This document shows positions 29,150 through 41,047 of a stretch of DNA of 64,000 bases, piece by piece. The stretch's first letter is position 1. Every line of letters begins with the position of its first letter. The notes under the pieces were generated by a model. It saw nothing but the letters and a program-made list of their open reading frames with translations. It was not told where the DNA came from and did not search any database. The stretch lies in assembly GCA_965237485.1 (NCBI GenBank), contig CBDEFQ010000003.1, positions 6,554 to 70,553 on the forward strand, in the 5' to 3' direction. The position numbers were made by a program, and so were the translations under genes. Source of the stretch: Candidatus Poriferihabitaceae bacterium. Lineage in GTDB: Bacteria; Pseudomonadota; Gammaproteobacteria; Arenicellales; Poriferihabitantaceae.

Positions 29150-32100
29150 TTATAACTGATTAATAGATAATGTTTGATGCAGGTTTTGTACACTGTTTAC
29201 CAATATTTTTTCACCCGAACGGTGCGCTTCCACACATGCCCTTGCTCCAGCAAGAGTAGTGTAATACGTGACTTTACGCAATAAAGCTTCGCGACGGATG
29301 GTATAAGAATCGCGCAAGCTTTCTTTACCTGCGGTAGTGTTAAACACCAAATCAAAATCATTATTCTTTATTCGGTCAACCACATTTGGCCGGCCTTCTT
29401 TTACCTTGTTCACCACTTGTGCACTAATTCCATGCTCATTCAAAATGCGCGCGGTGCCTTCGGTCGAAACAATGGTGTACCCTTGTGAGTCAAAGTATTT
29501 GGCCACTGGGATTACGCCAAGTTGATCAGCCTTTTTCATGCTAATCAGCACCGTTCCTTTGCACTTTATGCGCGCGCCGATGGCCAACTGAGACTTTCTA
29601 AACGCCTCTCCAAAGGTAGCACCTATGCCCATCACCTCGCCTGTTGATTTCATTTCAGGCCCGAGCACGGTATCAACTCCAGGGAACTTATTAAATGGAA
29701 ATATCGCTTCTTTTACTGAATAATAGGGCGGGTAAATCTCACCCGAAACACCCTGCTTAGCCAGTGACTGGCCCGCCATGCAACGTGCGGCAATCTTTGC
29801 GAGTGAGCGTCCAGTAGCCTTAGAGACAAACGGCACAGTACGTGACGCGCGGGGGTTCACTTCCAACACATAAATATCTTCACCCTTTATTGCAAATTGC
29901 ACATTCATCAATCCTATCACACCAATAGCCAATGCCATTTCTCGTGTTTGGCGCTTGAGTTCTTCTTGCACCTCGTCACTCAAACTAAAGGGCGGTATAG
30001 AGCAAGCCGAATCACCCGAGTGCACACCTGCTTCTTCTATATGTTCCATAATGCCGCCGATGACCACGCTTTCGCCATCACAAATCGCATCAACGTCCAC
30101 TTCAATCGCATCATTTAAGAAGCGGTCAAGTAAGACAGGTGATTTATTTGAGACATCAATCGCATTTTTCATATAACGCGCCAAGTCTTCAGCCGAATGT
30201 ACGATTTCCATCGCACGCCCGCCTAAAACATAGGATGGACGCACCACCAGCGGGTAGCCGATCTCTTCCGCCAACTCCAAAGCTTGCTCTGCATTACTTG
30301 CGGTGCGGTTGGGTGGTTGCAGTAAATTAAGGTCGTTAAGTAACCTTTGAAAAAACTCTCGGTCTTCGGCTTTATGAATTGAGTCCGGTGAAGTGCCAAT
30401 TATCGGCACGCCTGCAGCCTCGAGCTGACGCGCTAAGTTCAAAGGTGTTTGGCCACCATATTGCACAATGACCCCATGTGGTTTTTCAATATGAGCAATT
30501 TCTAGTACATCTTCAAGTGTTAGCGGTTCAAAATACAGGCGGTCTGAGGTATCGTAATCAGTAGATACCGTTTCTGGGTTGCAGTTAACCATGATGGTTT
30601 CATAGCCGTCATTGCGTAAGGCAAAAGCAGCGTGCACACAGCAATAATCAAACTCAATGCCTTGGCCTATGCGGTTCGGCCCACCACCTAGCACCATGAT
30701 TTTTTTACGTTCGCTAGGCTTGGCTTCGCATTCTTGCTCGTAACTCGAATACATATAGGCGGTGGAGGTATCAAACTCAGCCGCGCAAGAATCTACGCGC
30801 TTGTATACAGGGTGGATATTTTCTGTATGCCGGCGCGAACGAACTGTGTGTTCATCAGTGCCCATTAAATTCGCTAATCGTTTATCTGAAAATCCTTTGC
30901 GTTTTATTTGTCGTAGGCTTTCCGCGCTGATCTGATCGATTGATTGATCAAGCAATGATTGTTCGGTGTCGATCAAATCCTTTATTTCGCATAAAAACCA
31001 TGGGTCGATCATGCAACGGTCATATACTTGTTCAACGCTCATTCCACTGCGAAAAGCCTCACCTACGAACCACAAGCGATCCGATTCGGGCGTGCGCAAA
31101 CGCGCGCTAATAAAATCTTCTAGCTCTGCGCCTTGTAAGTTCGGATCAACTACAGAATCAAAACCCGTGCGGCCAATCTCCAAACCGCGCATTGCCTTTT
31201 GCAATGACTCTTGGAAAGTTCGGCCAATCGCCATCACTTCGCCAACAGATTTCATTTGCGTGGTTAAGGTTGCATCAGCCTGCGGGAATTTAACAAAATC
31301 AAATCGAGGAATTTTAGTAACGACGTAATCAATACTAGGCTCAAAGGAAGCCGGGGTCTGCCCGCCCGTAATTTCATTGCGCAGCTCGTCAAGTGTGTAA
31401 CCTATTGCCAGCTTTGCTGCTACCTTGGCGATTGGAAAACCAGTGGCTTTAGACGCCAAAGCTGAAGAGCGCGATACGCGCGGATTCATCTCGATAACGA
31501 TCATCCGACCATCTACGGGGTTAACCGCAAACTGCACGTTTGAACCACCTGTATCAACCCCAATTTCACGCAACACCGCAATGCTGGCGTTACGCATAAT
31601 TTGGTATTCTTTATCTGTCAATGTTTGCGCAGGTGCCACCGTGATCGAGTCACCCGTGTGCACGCCCATCGGATCTAGATTTTCTATAGAGCAAATGATA
31701 ATGCAATTGTCTTTATGGTCTCGAACCACTTCCATTTCGTATTCTTTCCAACCGATAATGCTCTCCTCAATTAATAGCTCATTGGTTGGCGAAGCGTCCA
31801 AGCCGCGCTCACAAATATCGTTAAACTCATCGATGTTGTAAGCGATACCACCCCCCGTCCCGCCCATTGTAAAGGAAGGCCGAATGATTGCTGGCAGACC
31901 CACATCTTTAAGAATTTTATGCGCTTGTTCCATCGAGTGAGCGACGTCACCATGAACCGATTCAAGGCCGATCTTGTTCATCGCTAACTTGAATTTCTCA
32001 CGGTCCTCAGCTTTATCGATGGCAACCCGCGAAGCCCCGATCATTTGCACGTCAAACTCTTTAAGTACGCCTTCGCGGTCTAAGTCTAAGGCACAATTCA

Positions 32101-32386
32101 ACGCTGTCTGACCGCCCATAGTTGGCAGCAATACATCGGGGCGTTCTTTCTTAATAATCTGAGCAACTGTTTGCCATTCTATCGGTTCGATATAAGTGGC
32201 ATCGGCAAACCCTGGGTCGGTCATGATGGTCGCGGGGTTTGAGTTCACTAATACAACGCGATAACCTTCTTCTTGTAATGCCTTGCAAGCTTGCACGCCA
32301 GAGTAATCAAACTCGCAAGCTTGGCCGATAATAATCGGGCCAGCGCCAATGATAAGAACGGTTTTTATGTCGGTTCTCTTAGGCAT
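29150..32386 (-). CDS. carB: Carbamoyl-phosphate synthase large subunit
   Basis: 1078 aa, [30 protein letters not shown]..., with duplicated ATP-grasp halves. Confidence 0.98.
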   Translation of the reverse strand: MPKRTDIKTVLIIGAGPIIIGQACEFDYSGVQACKALQEEGYRVVLVNSNPATIMTDPGFADATYIEPIEWQTVAQIIKKERPDVLLPTMGGQTALNCALDLDREGVLKEFDVQMIGASRVAIDKAEDREKFKLAMNKIGLESVHGDVAHSMEQAHKILKDVGLPAIIRPSFTMGGTGGGIAYNIDEFNDICERGLDASPTNELLIEESIIGWKEYEMEVVRDHKDNCIIICSIENLDPMGVHTGDSITVAPAQTLTDKEYQIMRNASIAVLREIGVDTGGSNVQFAVNPVDGRMIVIEMNPRVSRSSALASKATGFPIAKVAAKLAIGYTLDELRNEITGGQTPASFEPSIDYVVTKIPRFDFVKFPQADATLTTQMKSVGEVMAIGRTFQESLQKAMRGLEIGRTGFDSVVDPNLQGAELEDFISARLRTPESDRLWFVGEAFRSGMSVEQVYDRCMIDPWFLCEIKDLIDTEQSLLDQSIDQISAESLRQIKRKGFSDKRLANLMGTDEHTVRSRRHTENIHPVYKRVDSCAAEFDTSTAYMYSSYEQECEAKPSERKKIMVLGGGPNRIGQGIEFDYCCVHAAFALRNDGYETIMVNCNPETVSTDYDTSDRLYFEPLTLEDVLEIAHIEKPHGVIVQYGGQTPLNLARQLEAAGVPIIGTSPDSIHKAEDREFFQRLLNDLNLLQPPNRTASNAEQALELAEEIGYPLVVRPSYVLGGRAMEIVHSAEDLARYMKNAIDVSNKSPVLLDRFLNDAIEVDVDAICDGESVVIGGIMEHIEEAGVHSGDSACSIPPFSLSDEVQEELKRQTREMALAIGVIGLMNVQFAIKGEDIYVLEVNPRASRTVPFVSKATGRSLAKIAARCMAGQSLAKQGVSGEIYPPYYSVKEAIFPFNKFPGVDTVLGPEMKSTGEVMGIGATFGEAFRKSQLAIGARIKCKGTVLISMKKADQLGVIPVAKYFDSQGYTIVSTEGTARILNEHGISAQVVNKVKEGRPNVVDRIKNNDFDLVFNTTAGKESLRDSYTIRREALLRKVTYYTTLAGARACVEAHRSGEKILVNSVQNLHQTLSINQL

Positions 32387-33533
32387 AGTTTGCCCCCTTA
32401 TTCTCGCGCATCAACTCTACAAACTGATCGAATAAGCCAAGAATATCTTGTGGCCCGGGGCTGGCTTCGGGGTGCCCTTGGAAAGAAAACGCTGGTTTAT
32501 CCTTTCTTCTTACTCCTTGAATGGTCCCGTCGAATAATGACGTGTAGGTGATCTCAAGGTTTTCCGGCAAACTGGCCTCGTCCACAGCAAAGCCATGATT
32601 CTGACTGGTGATAAATACTCTATTACTTGCATGATCTTTAACCGGGTGATTCGCACCATGATGACCCGTTTTCATTTTAAAAGATTGGGCACCGCTGGCA
32701 ATCGAAAGCAGTTGATGACCTAAGCAGATTCCAAACAATGGCACGCCCGCCTCTAAGAAAGATCGGATTGCATCGATAGCGTAATCACAAGGCTCTGGAT
32801 CCCCTGGGCCATTCGACAAAAAAATGCCATCAGGCTGCAGCGCCATGGCTGCTTCAAAAGAAGTTGTAGCTGGAACGACCGTTAGCTGACAGCCTCGATC
32901 CGCCAACAGTCTTAAAATATTTCGCTTGATACCAAAGTCATAAGCCACAACTTTAAATTCTGCATTATCCGCTGGAATAATTGACGCTCCTTCGTCCAAG
33001 CTCCAAGTGCTCTCTGTCCATCCGTATGGCTCGGCTGTACTTACCTCTTTAGCCAAGTCTAGGCCGCTTAAGCCCCCAAAACCCTGCGCGAGCTTTAATG
33101 CTTCTTCGGTAGAAACTTGGCCGCCTGCCATCAAGCACGCTGATTGGGCGCCCTTCTCGCGCAAGCACCTAGTCAATGCACGGGTGTCGATATCCGCGAT
33201 ACCGACTATATTACGTTTAATCAAATAATCTGAAAGGCTCTCTTGCGCTCTGAAGTTGCTATGGGTTTTAGGTAAATCTCGAATCACTAAACCCTTTGAG
33301 AAAATTTCACTGGCTTCTTCATCTTCACTTGTGCAACCCACATTACCGATATGGGGGTATGTTAAGGTGATTATTTGCTCTGCATACGACGGGTCGGTGA
33401 GTATTTCCTGATATCCTGTCATCGAAGTGTTAAATACAATTTCACCTACGCGATGCCCCTGCGCACCGATCGACTTGCCGGCAAAAACTGACCCATCAGC
33501 TAATACTAAAATTGCCTCTAACAAACCTTTCAC
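32379..33533 (-). CDS. carA: Carbamoyl-phosphate synthase small (glutaminase) subunit
   Basis: 384 aa with the GATase active site GICLGHQLL. It overlaps the carB start. Confidence 0.96.
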   Translation of the reverse strand: MKGLLEAILVLADGSVFAGKSIGAQGHRVGEIVFNTSMTGYQEILTDPSYAEQIITLTYPHIGNVGCTSEDEEASEIFSKGLVIRDLPKTHSNFRAQESLSDYLIKRNIVGIADIDTRALTRCLREKGAQSACLMAGGQVSTEEALKLAQGFGGLSGLDLAKEVSTAEPYGWTESTWSLDEGASIIPADNAEFKVVAYDFGIKRNILRLLADRGCQLTVVPATTSFEAAMALQPDGIFLSNGPGDPEPCDYAIDAIRSFLEAGVPLFGICLGHQLLSIASGAQSFKMKTGHHGANHPVKDHASNRVFITSQNHGFAVDEASLPENLEITYTSLFDGTIQGVRRKDKPAFSFQGHPEASPGPQDILGLFDQFVELMRENKGANYA

Positions 33534-33636
33534 CTTTACAAAATCACCACTTAATTTGCCTAAAAAAAGGGCGAAGCGAAGCGCTTCTCCCCTGTGTTCG
33601 ATTGAGGATGTATTTTATTCTTTACCGTTGAAGTTA

Positions 33637-34434
33637 TCAATCAAAACCCAACAAGTCATTCATACCATACAGGCCAGGGGGTTTCATTGCCAACCACTTG
33701 GCAGCGCGCAAAGCGCCCTGCGCAAAAATCTTTCTATCGCTAGCACGGTGGGTGATTTCAATACGTTCTGCTTCCCCAATAAACATAACCATGTGCTCCC
33801 CTGCAATATCGCCACCTCGTATCGCAGAAAAACCAATACTGCCGGCTTTTCTTTCGCCGGTAATGCCGTGACGCGCAAAAACGCCATCTTGTTGCAAATC
33901 TTTTCCCAGCGATTGCGCTAAGACTTCGCCCATCTTTAGCGCGGTACCGGAAGGTGCATCTACTTTATGCTTGTGGTGGGCTTCAATTACTTCAATATCA
34001 GTGTGTTCACCCAGTGCTTTTGCGGCGAGTTCTAGTAACTTTAAAGTGACATTCACTCCTACGCTCATATTTGCAGCGAAAAATACTGGAATGTGTTTAG
34101 CAGTTTCGTTCAGGTTTTCCACTTGCTCGGCGGTCATTCCGGTTGTACCAACTACAATGGCTTTACCCAAATCCATACAAGATTGAAGGTTATGTGCTGT
34201 GGCTTCAGGCGTTGAAAAGTCGATCATCACATCAAATTCCGCGCCGCCTAGTGAGCTGGAAATAGATAAACCTTTTTCACCAACACCCGCAAGCAACCCC
34301 GCATCCTTGCCTAATGCTGGCGAACTGGCGTGCTCTAAGGCCGCGCCAATATTTAATGATGAATCACGAGATGCTTCATGAACAAGCGCGCGACCCATCC
34401 GTCCAGCGGAACCAATAATAGCTAGTTTTGTCAC
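33637..34434 (-). CDS. dapB: 4-hydroxy-tetrahydrodipicolinate reductase
   Basis: 265 aa with N-terminal GSAGRMG and EAHHKHKVDAPSGTA. The dapB-carAB-greA order matches E. coli. Confidence 0.95.
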   Translation of the reverse strand: MTKLAIIGSAGRMGRALVHEASRDSSLNIGAALEHASSPALGKDAGLLAGVGEKGLSISSSLGGAEFDVMIDFSTPEATAHNLQSCMDLGKAIVVGTTGMTAEQVENLNETAKHIPVFFAANMSVGVNVTLKLLELAAKALGEHTDIEVIEAHHKHKVDAPSGTALKMGEVLAQSLGKDLQQDGVFARHGITGERKAGSIGFSAIRGGDIAGEHMVMFIGEAERIEITHRASDRKIFAQGALRAAKWLAMKPPGLYGMNDLLGFD

Positions 34435-34840
34435 AGTTGTAATAGTGATAGTAGACTAAGTATTGAGATTAACCTGTTCACACAAATATATCTAACCTGG
34501 AAATACTGAAAACAGCCTTTTGGTTGAAAACATAAATAGGTAAGATAATGGCTTGGGGCGAGCGGACGTAACTTCTCAATAACCCGTGGCAGGTAAAATA
34601 AAACAAAATATTTCTTGACCGGGTTTTACGCTAAAAGGAAGGTGATTCAACGTGGTCGAGTGACTCTATTTAGGTTGAGTTCCAGGGTGGTTGTAGGCCC
34701 CTTTACGCTAATAACAAAGATCGCTTAAGGAACGAGGGGTGTCTTCTTAACGTTCGTTGTGGCGCAGTTGAGAAGGCAAAATTGGACTTTCAAAACCGAT
34801 GGTACACTAAGGTCTATCCAGTTAACGGACGTTTAAGACC

Positions 34841-36630
34841 TTGAGTAAGCTACCCTCTATTCCCGACATTCCTGAACAAGAACAAACCCCCGCAGTAAAA
34901 ATGTTGCGGGTGCTAGTGGAGCAGCTGTTGGTGCGAGTTCAACAACAGGACGAAGAAATAGCATTGCTTAAAGATGAAATCAATATCCTTAAGGGGCAGA
35001 AGAGGCGGCCTACTTTTAAGGGCGGTAATATGGATAAGAAAACAGAGCCAAAACGTTCATCTTCTAGCGACAAACCTAAGCAGCGAGCTGGGTCGAACAA
35101 GGCAAAGAAAACACCAAGGCTGTCAATTGACCTAAATCTGGTTATTGAACCAGCGAAGTCCGTGCCCGAAGGTTCTCGCTTTAAAGGCTATCGGGATTTT
35201 GTAGTGCAAGATTTGCTTATCAAGGTTCATACCACCCGCTATCGTTTAGCGCATTGGGTAACGCCAGACAATAAAAAGCTCAAAGGCCAGTTACCGACAT
35301 CCGTGGCAGGGCGACATTATGGGCCTCGTCTGGTCAGTTATATTCTCTATCAATATCATCATTGTCAAACCACGCAACCACTCTTGTTGGAACAGTTGCG
35401 AGAGTGGGGAATTGATATTTCTTCGGGACAAATTAACCCAATACTGATCAGCACTAAAGAGCCCTTTCATGCTGAGAAAGAGGCGTTACTAAGCGTTGCT
35501 CTGAGCGCATCGTCTTACGTGACCGTGGACGATAGTGGTGCTCGCCATCAGGGCAAAAATGGCGATGTAACGCACATTGGTAATGACTTGTTTGCGTGGT
35601 TTAAAAGTACTCAATCAAAAAGTCGAATTAACTTCCTACCGCTATTAAGGGCTGGCAATACGGATTATCGTTTGAGTCAAAGTGCGTTGAATTATAGGCA
35701 ACAACATGGATTGCCAAAGCAAGCCTTAGCCGCTGTAACTGAGCACCGGGAACGCCGTATTGCCAACGAGGATGACTGGCTTGAAATGCTCGATAGCCTG
35801 TTGATCATTAAGGCACGTCACCGACGTATCACCACCGAAGGGGCATTACTTGGTAGTATTTTGCATCATGGTCTGTGTGATGACATCGTTGTCGTCAGTG
35901 ATGATGCAGGGCAATTTAACATTTTGGCTCATGCCTTGTGTTGGATACACACCGAGCACTTAATCCATAAGTTGATACCGCTGAACGAGGGACACCGGCA
36001 GGGCATGGCTAAAATACGCGACCAAGTCTGGTGCTTTTATCGGGCGTTAAAGAGTATAAAACCCCGCCTTGCGAGAACCAACGTAAAATACTTGAGCAGC
36101 GTTTCGATGAAATCTTCACTCAACAGACATGCTACCAAACATTAAATCAGACGCTCAAACGAATCCATGCGAATAAAGCAGAATGACTGTTGGTGCTAGA
36201 TCGACCAGATATTCCGTTACACACCAATGGCAGTGAAACAGACATTCGCGATTACGTGAAAAAACGAAAAGTGAGTGGCTCCACCCGCAGCGATGCTGGC
36301 CAGCAGTGTCGGGACACGTTTGCCAGTTTGAAAAAGACCTGCCGAAAACTGGATATATCGTTCTGGCACTACCTGACCCATCGACTTGGTATCGGTGAGC
36401 AACATATTGATCCTCTGCCAGATATCATTATCCTAGATAAATCAGTTAAAACACGAAAGTCCATGCAAGCTCTTGATGCACCTAGCAAAATCAAAAAAAA
36501 CCTTATCACCAATAAGGTGACCGCGACTTTTTTGATTTCACTATGCACTTCAATTGCTTACATGTCTTTTCCGCGTTTAACTGATTTATCTAGGATTATG
36601 GAACGCGCCAGCTTTGCCACGGGTTATTGA
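34841..36630 (+). pseudogene. IS66-family transposase, inactivated
   Basis: Motifs VTVDDSGARHQGKNG, SDDAGQFNILAHALCWIHTE and PLHTNGSETDIRDYVKKRKVSG are present. There is a frameshift near 36060, an in-frame TGA near 36184 and a MITE at 36432-36594. Confidence 0.75.
36432..36594 (+). mobile_element. MITE copy 1 (163 bp)
   Basis: TIR CCTAGATAAATCAGTTAAA. 5-bp duplication ATTAT at 36427-36431 and 36595-36599. Confidence 0.9.
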
Positions 36631-37199
36631 GAAGTTACCGATGCAGCTTTCAAAATAAAGCTATTTTGCTCCTACTTAGCTATGAATAAAGTAACATCTA
36701 ATTTAATAACAACATAATTGGCGCAATAGGAATTTTTGAAGCCGTTGGATTGGAAATAAAAGACATTTGCATATTGCTGTAGTTATTGTTGCCAGGAAAA
36801 ATAAACAAAGCCCCTTCGGTTAAAGTCATCGGATTTCCGGTTGCCTTAGTTGGATAGTGATTTTCCGACTTAATGTCGCCATTACATTCGTTGCAAATCA
36901 TCTCCAACTTCCAGTTAGTGGTACCCTCCGGCACTCCTAGAGTGTATGTCCAACTCGTAGAGCCCGCTTGGGGATAAATATAATGGGTGTAACTATCCAA
37001 ACTTAAAAAATAAGTTGAACTAGCCCTTAATACAACTTGCTCATTGCCACTAGCGGAAAAGTCAGATGGAAATTTAATCGCCCCAGAAAAAACATCTGCT
37101 GTCTCGAGCTGTGAAGTGGACCCCATGATTAGGACAGGTTGAAGGCCAAAATAAGGAGTTATTTTCTGTTTTATAATTGTTCAAAACGAGGAACAGAAA

Positions 37200-37481
37200 A
37201 TGAGTAAAAAGCGTAGAAACCATGCCCCACCATTCAAAGCCAAAGTTGCTCTTGCAGCAATCAAAGGTGATGAAACATTAAGCAATCTTGCTAGTCGTTA
37301 TGACATCAATGCAAATCTTATCGTCAAGTGGAAGAAACAATTGCTCGATAGCTCAGCTGAAGTCTTTGCATCAGGCACAGGCTTATCTCCAAACCGAGAA
37401 TCAGAGATTAAATCATTACAGGCAAAGATCGGTGAAATCACCATGGGAAACGATTTTTTATCAAAAGCGCTCGGTCGTTAA
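37200..37481 (+). CDS. IS3-family transposase OrfA
   Basis: 93 aa, near-identical to ORF 1193-1474. Confidence 0.85.
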   Translation: MSKKRRNHAPPFKAKVALAAIKGDETLSNLASRYDINANLIVKWKKQLLDSSAEVFASGTGLSPNRESEIKSLQAKIGEITMGNDFLSKALGR

Positions 37482-37501
37482 ACAGACCTGAGCGCAAAAC
37501 T

Positions 37502-38326
37502 ATGATTAATAAAAGCAATAAACTATCGTTAGTTCGTCAGTGTAAATTGTTGAAGATTCATCGTTCCCATGTTTATTACAAAACCTCACCTGCTAATGAG
37601 GATGACTTGGAACTGATGCATCTGATTGATCGCATTCACCTCAATCGGCCCTTTCTTGGCAGTAGACGCATTCGTGATGTGTTGCAAGATGTAGGCCACC
37701 GAGTTGACCGTAAACATGTGCGACGCTTAATGCGTAAGATGGGCATTAAAGCCATCTATCCTAGGCCTAACACCAGCAAGAAGAAGGCGGGGCACAAGAT
37801 TTATCCTTATCTGCTAGGTGGGTTGGCCATCAATCAACCCAATCAAGCTTGGTGTACCGATATAACTTATATCCCGATGCCTAAGGGCTTTGCTTATCTT
37901 ACCGTTGTGATGGATTGGTATTCTCGTAAAGTGCTGTCATGGCGGCTTAGCAACAGCATGGATAGCGCATTCTGCGTAGATGCTTTGGAAGAGGCACTGC
38001 ATTACTACGGCAAGCCTGATATCTTTAACAGCGATCAAGGTGCGCAATTTACCAGTGAGGCGTTTACCGGTGTACTCAAAGACAATGGTATTCGCATCAG
38101 CATGGATGGCAAAGGTGCTTGGCGTGACAATGTATTTGTTGAGCGCTTATGGCGCAGCGTGAAATATGAGGAAGTCTATTTGCAAGCCTACCAATCGATG
38201 AAAGAGGCAAAAGACGGCATTGGCTCCTGGATAAACTATTACAACCAAGAGCGTAAACATCAAACATTGGGCATGGTCCCTGACATGATGTATGATCCAT
38301 GTCGCGGCCTGAAATTGGCTGCTTAA
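37502..38326 (+). CDS. IS3-family transposase OrfB
   Basis: 274 aa, identical to ORF 1495-2319. Confidence 0.9.
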   Translation: MINKSNKLSLVRQCKLLKIHRSHVYYKTSPANEDDLELMHLIDRIHLNRPFLGSRRIRDVLQDVGHRVDRKHVRRLMRKMGIKAIYPRPNTSKKKAGHKIYPYLLGGLAINQPNQAWCTDITYIPMPKGFAYLTVVMDWYSRKVLSWRLSNSMDSAFCVDALEEALHYYGKPDIFNSDQGAQFTSEAFTGVLKDNGIRISMDGKGAWRDNVFVERLWRSVKYEEVYLQAYQSMKEAKDGIGSWINYYNQERKHQTLGMVPDMMYDPCRGLKLAA

Positions 38327-38378
38327 TCAGCTGAAAATAACTCCTAAGCCATCTGTCCTAAAAAGCGGGTCCACTTCT

Positions 38379-38614
38379 CCGTTGTGATGGATTGGTATTC
38401 TCGTAAAGTGCTGTCATGGCGGCTTAGCAACAGCATGGATAGCGCATTCTGCGTAGATGCTTTGGAAGAGGCACTGCATTACTACGGCAAGCCTGATATC
38501 TTTAACAGCGATCAAGGTGCGCAATTTACCAGTGAGGCGTTTACCGGTGTACTCAAAGACAATGGTATTCGCATCAGCATGGATGGCAAAGGTGCTTGGC
38601 GTGACAATGTATTT
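38379..38614 (+). mobile_element. Internal fragment of IS3-a orfB (236 bp) abutting copy 2
   Basis: CCGTTGTGATGGATTGGTATTC...GACAATGTATTT matches 1893-2128 of copy 1. Neither fragment end is an IS terminus. Confidence 0.85.
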
Positions 38615-38956
38615 CAGGAAAAGTCCGTACTTCAAACGTGGCACCACCCGCCTTAGCATTTACCGTGGCTGGCAAAGAAATAACACCCTGATAGGTATTA
38701 GCCGTACTTGTCACACTGAATAAAACTAGGGCGACTCCAATAATCAGTTTAACCATACCTACGCATCAAATCATATTTCCTTAGATGGTATAAGAGTACT
38801 TAAAATAAAGAACTATTTCTAGCTTTATCGATATCCCTTAGCTCAGGCCATTTGAGATTTAGTAAACCCGTCAAACCAGCAGCCAAATACTGGTAAACCG
38901 GCAATGTTCAGCTTAATTGCATTATAATCGGCGACTGAATTAATTCAGTCCTAATC

Positions 38957-39955
38957 ATGCCTTATAGCGAAGATGGCCAGCAAGTTTTAGACATTGAAAT
39001 CGAAGCGCTAATTGCGTTGCGAGATCGCTTGTCTAGCGACCCAGCGGCTTCGGTGTTGTTTGATCAGGCGTGCGATACGATTCGTGCATGCGCAGGTCGA
39101 GTGGTGGTCATTGGCATGGGTAAATCAGGCCACATTTCAAGCAAAATTGCTGCTTCATTGGCTAGCACGGGCACCCCAGCATTTTTTGTGCACCCAGGAG
39201 AGGCGAGTCACGGTGACTTAGGTATGATCACTCCACAAGATTGCGTGATTGCTTTGTCTAATTCTGGGAACACACCTGAAATCTTAAGCATTGTTCCGAT
39301 CGTTAAGCGGATGGGTGTAAGTCTGATTTGCTTGACTGGAAAACCTGATTCAGAGCTCGCCCGCGCTGCAGATATTCATATTAACGTAGAAGTTGATCGC
39401 GAGGCCTGCCCGCATAATTTGGCCCCAACCGCTAGCACAACCGCTGCGCTGGCGATGGGCGATGCATTGGCCGTTGCCATATTAAAATCACGCGGCTTTA
39501 GCACCGATGATTTTGCGCGAACTCACCCCGGCGGTATGCTTGGAAAACGTTTGTTGTTATACGTTAGCGATTTAATGCATACAGATGACGAACTACCGCT
39601 GGTGCACTGTGACGCCACATTTGAAGAATTATTGATTGAGATGACATCAAAATCCCTCGGTATGGCGGGCATAGTGAATGCAGAAAATAAGTTGTTGGGC
39701 ATATTTACGGACGGCGATATCCGCCGAACCTTAGCGCAACCTATTAATGCACATACCACATTGGCACGCGATGTAATGACCGCGTCACCGTACACTGTCT
39801 CAGCTGATACTTTGGCTGCAGAGCTGGTAAAAGACATGCGCGAACATGCGGTGCAGGGCAAACATGCAATTAACGGAGTTTTCGTCACTGATGAATCTGG
39901 TCAGGTGTTAGGTGCCCTAAATACACACGATTTACTTCGCGCAGGCGTAGTGTAA
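38957..39955 (+). CDS. kdsD: Arabinose-5-phosphate isomerase KdsD
   Basis: 332 aa with a SIS domain (GMGKSGHI) and tandem CBS domains. Confidence 0.9.
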   Translation: MPYSEDGQQVLDIEIEALIALRDRLSSDPAASVLFDQACDTIRACAGRVVVIGMGKSGHISSKIAASLASTGTPAFFVHPGEASHGDLGMITPQDCVIALSNSGNTPEILSIVPIVKRMGVSLICLTGKPDSELARAADIHINVEVDREACPHNLAPTASTTAALAMGDALAVAILKSRGFSTDDFARTHPGGMLGKRLLLYVSDLMHTDDELPLVHCDATFEELLIEMTSKSLGMAGIVNAENKLLGIFTDGDIRRTLAQPINAHTTLARDVMTASPYTVSADTLAAELVKDMREHAVQGKHAINGVFVTDESGQVLGALNTHDLLRAGVV

Positions 39956-39957
39956 AT

Positions 39958-40395
39958 ATGCAATTGGATCGCCACAATGTCGTCATGATGTGCGTACTGG
40001 CCTTTTTGGTTTTGCTCACTTTATGGATGCAATTTATACTGTTTGAAAAGCCGGGTTCTGAGGAACAACAAAATGCCAGCAATGACCCCGATTACTATAT
40101 TGAGTATTTCACCTCATTTGGCGTTGACGCCGAAGGCAAGCAATATCAGTTAGAAGCAGACCGTCTAGTGCACTACCCTCTCGATAACAAAGCCTTGATC
40201 GACCGGCCGCACATTACCCAATATGACGAAAACGGCAACCCAGTACATATTTATGCCGATTCCGGTTGGTTATTTTCCGATGGAACTGAGATACTATTGA
40301 CCGATAACGTCAAAGTAATTCAAAGTCAAGGCACTGGCCTAGGTGGTGCATCCAAAGCCAAGCGACTGCGCATTAAACTTAAACCCAAAGAATAA
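39958..40395 (+). CDS. lptC: LPS export system protein LptC
   Basis: 145 aa with an N-terminal TM anchor and OstA-like fold. It sits between kdsD and lptA. Confidence 0.75.
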   Translation: MQLDRHNVVMMCVLAFLVLLTLWMQFILFEKPGSEEQQNASNDPDYYIEYFTSFGVDAEGKQYQLEADRLVHYPLDNKALIDRPHITQYDENGNPVHIYADSGWLFSDGTEILLTDNVKVIQSQGTGLGGASKAKRLRIKLKPKE

Positions 40396-40405
40396 TAAAT
40401 TGACT

Positions 40406-41047
40406 ATGGTTTCCTCCTTCTCTAATAAACTTTGTTTAATCTTTATTGGCATTTTAGTGTGCTGTTTTTCTTTAAGTTTCTCAGCGACCGCTTTGGATAG
40501 CGATCAAGAACAACCCGCCACCTTAGATGCCGATGAATTCGACATAGACCTGCAAACTGGCGTGCGAACCTATCGGGGCAATGTGGTATATCGCCAAGGC
40601 TCCATTAAGCTTACTGCCGACGAAATTGTGGCCTATTTAAATGACGGCGCCCTAGAGCGGGCAATCGCCAGAGGCAATCCGGCGCGTTTTAGCCAACGAC
40701 CTGAGGGTAAAGATACAGATACGGTTGGGACAGCCTTGCGGATTGAATTGGATGATGTGAAAGGCTTTGTAGTGCTGCAAAATAAAGCCAAAGTCATCCA
40801 AGATAATAACCAAATTACCGGAAAGAAAATCACCTACGATTTAAATACCGAGAAAGTCAAAGTCACCAGCGGGCCACGCAAAAAACCAGAAGAAGATAAA
40901 GCTACGCAAACGGTAGGTGGCACTGAATCTGGTGATGAAACTGGGGAGACTAAGCCCGCAGTAGAGGAAGAATCTTCCCGACCACGCTTGGTGATTCCAC
41001 CACGGAAAAAGAAAAAAGAACCTAAAGCGGAAACAGACAGCCAGTAA
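40406..41047 (+). CDS. lptA: LPS transport periplasmic protein LptA
   Basis: Start chosen at MVSSFSNKLCLIFIG (signal peptide). OstA_N-type repeats (RTYRGNVVYRQGSIKLTADEI). Lys/Glu-rich C-terminal tail. Confidence 0.85.
   Translation: MVSSFSNKLCLIFIGILVCCFSLSFSATALDSDQEQPATLDADEFDIDLQTGVRTYRGNVVYRQGSIKLTADEIVAYLNDGALERAIARGNPARFSQRPEGKDTDTVGTALRIELDDVKGFVVLQNKAKVIQDNNQITGKKITYDLNTEKVKVTSGPRKKPEEDKATQTVGGTESGDETGETKPAVEEESSRPRLVIPPRKKKKEPKAETDSQ

Larger units (their letters stand above)
34568..36638 (+). mobile_element. IS66-family element (single-ORF type), degenerate
   Basis: IRs GTAACTTCTCAATAACCCGTGGCA at 34568 and its complement ending at 36638. It contains a broken IS66-type transposase and one MITE. 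No clear target duplication. Confidence 0.7.
37112..38378 (+). mobile_element. IS3-a, copy 2
   Basis: Same termini as copy 1. orfB is identical to copy 1 at protein level and orfA differs at a few residues. Confidence 0.9.
36698..38756 (-). pseudogene. Secreted hypothetical protein disrupted by IS3-a copy 2 plus an IS fragment
   Basis: N-terminal signal-peptide piece MVKLIIGVALVLFSVTSTANTYQG...FEVRTFP at 38756-38616. C-terminal piece ...SQLETADVFSGAIKFPSD...IAPIMLLLN at 37111-36698. Confidence 0.5.
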
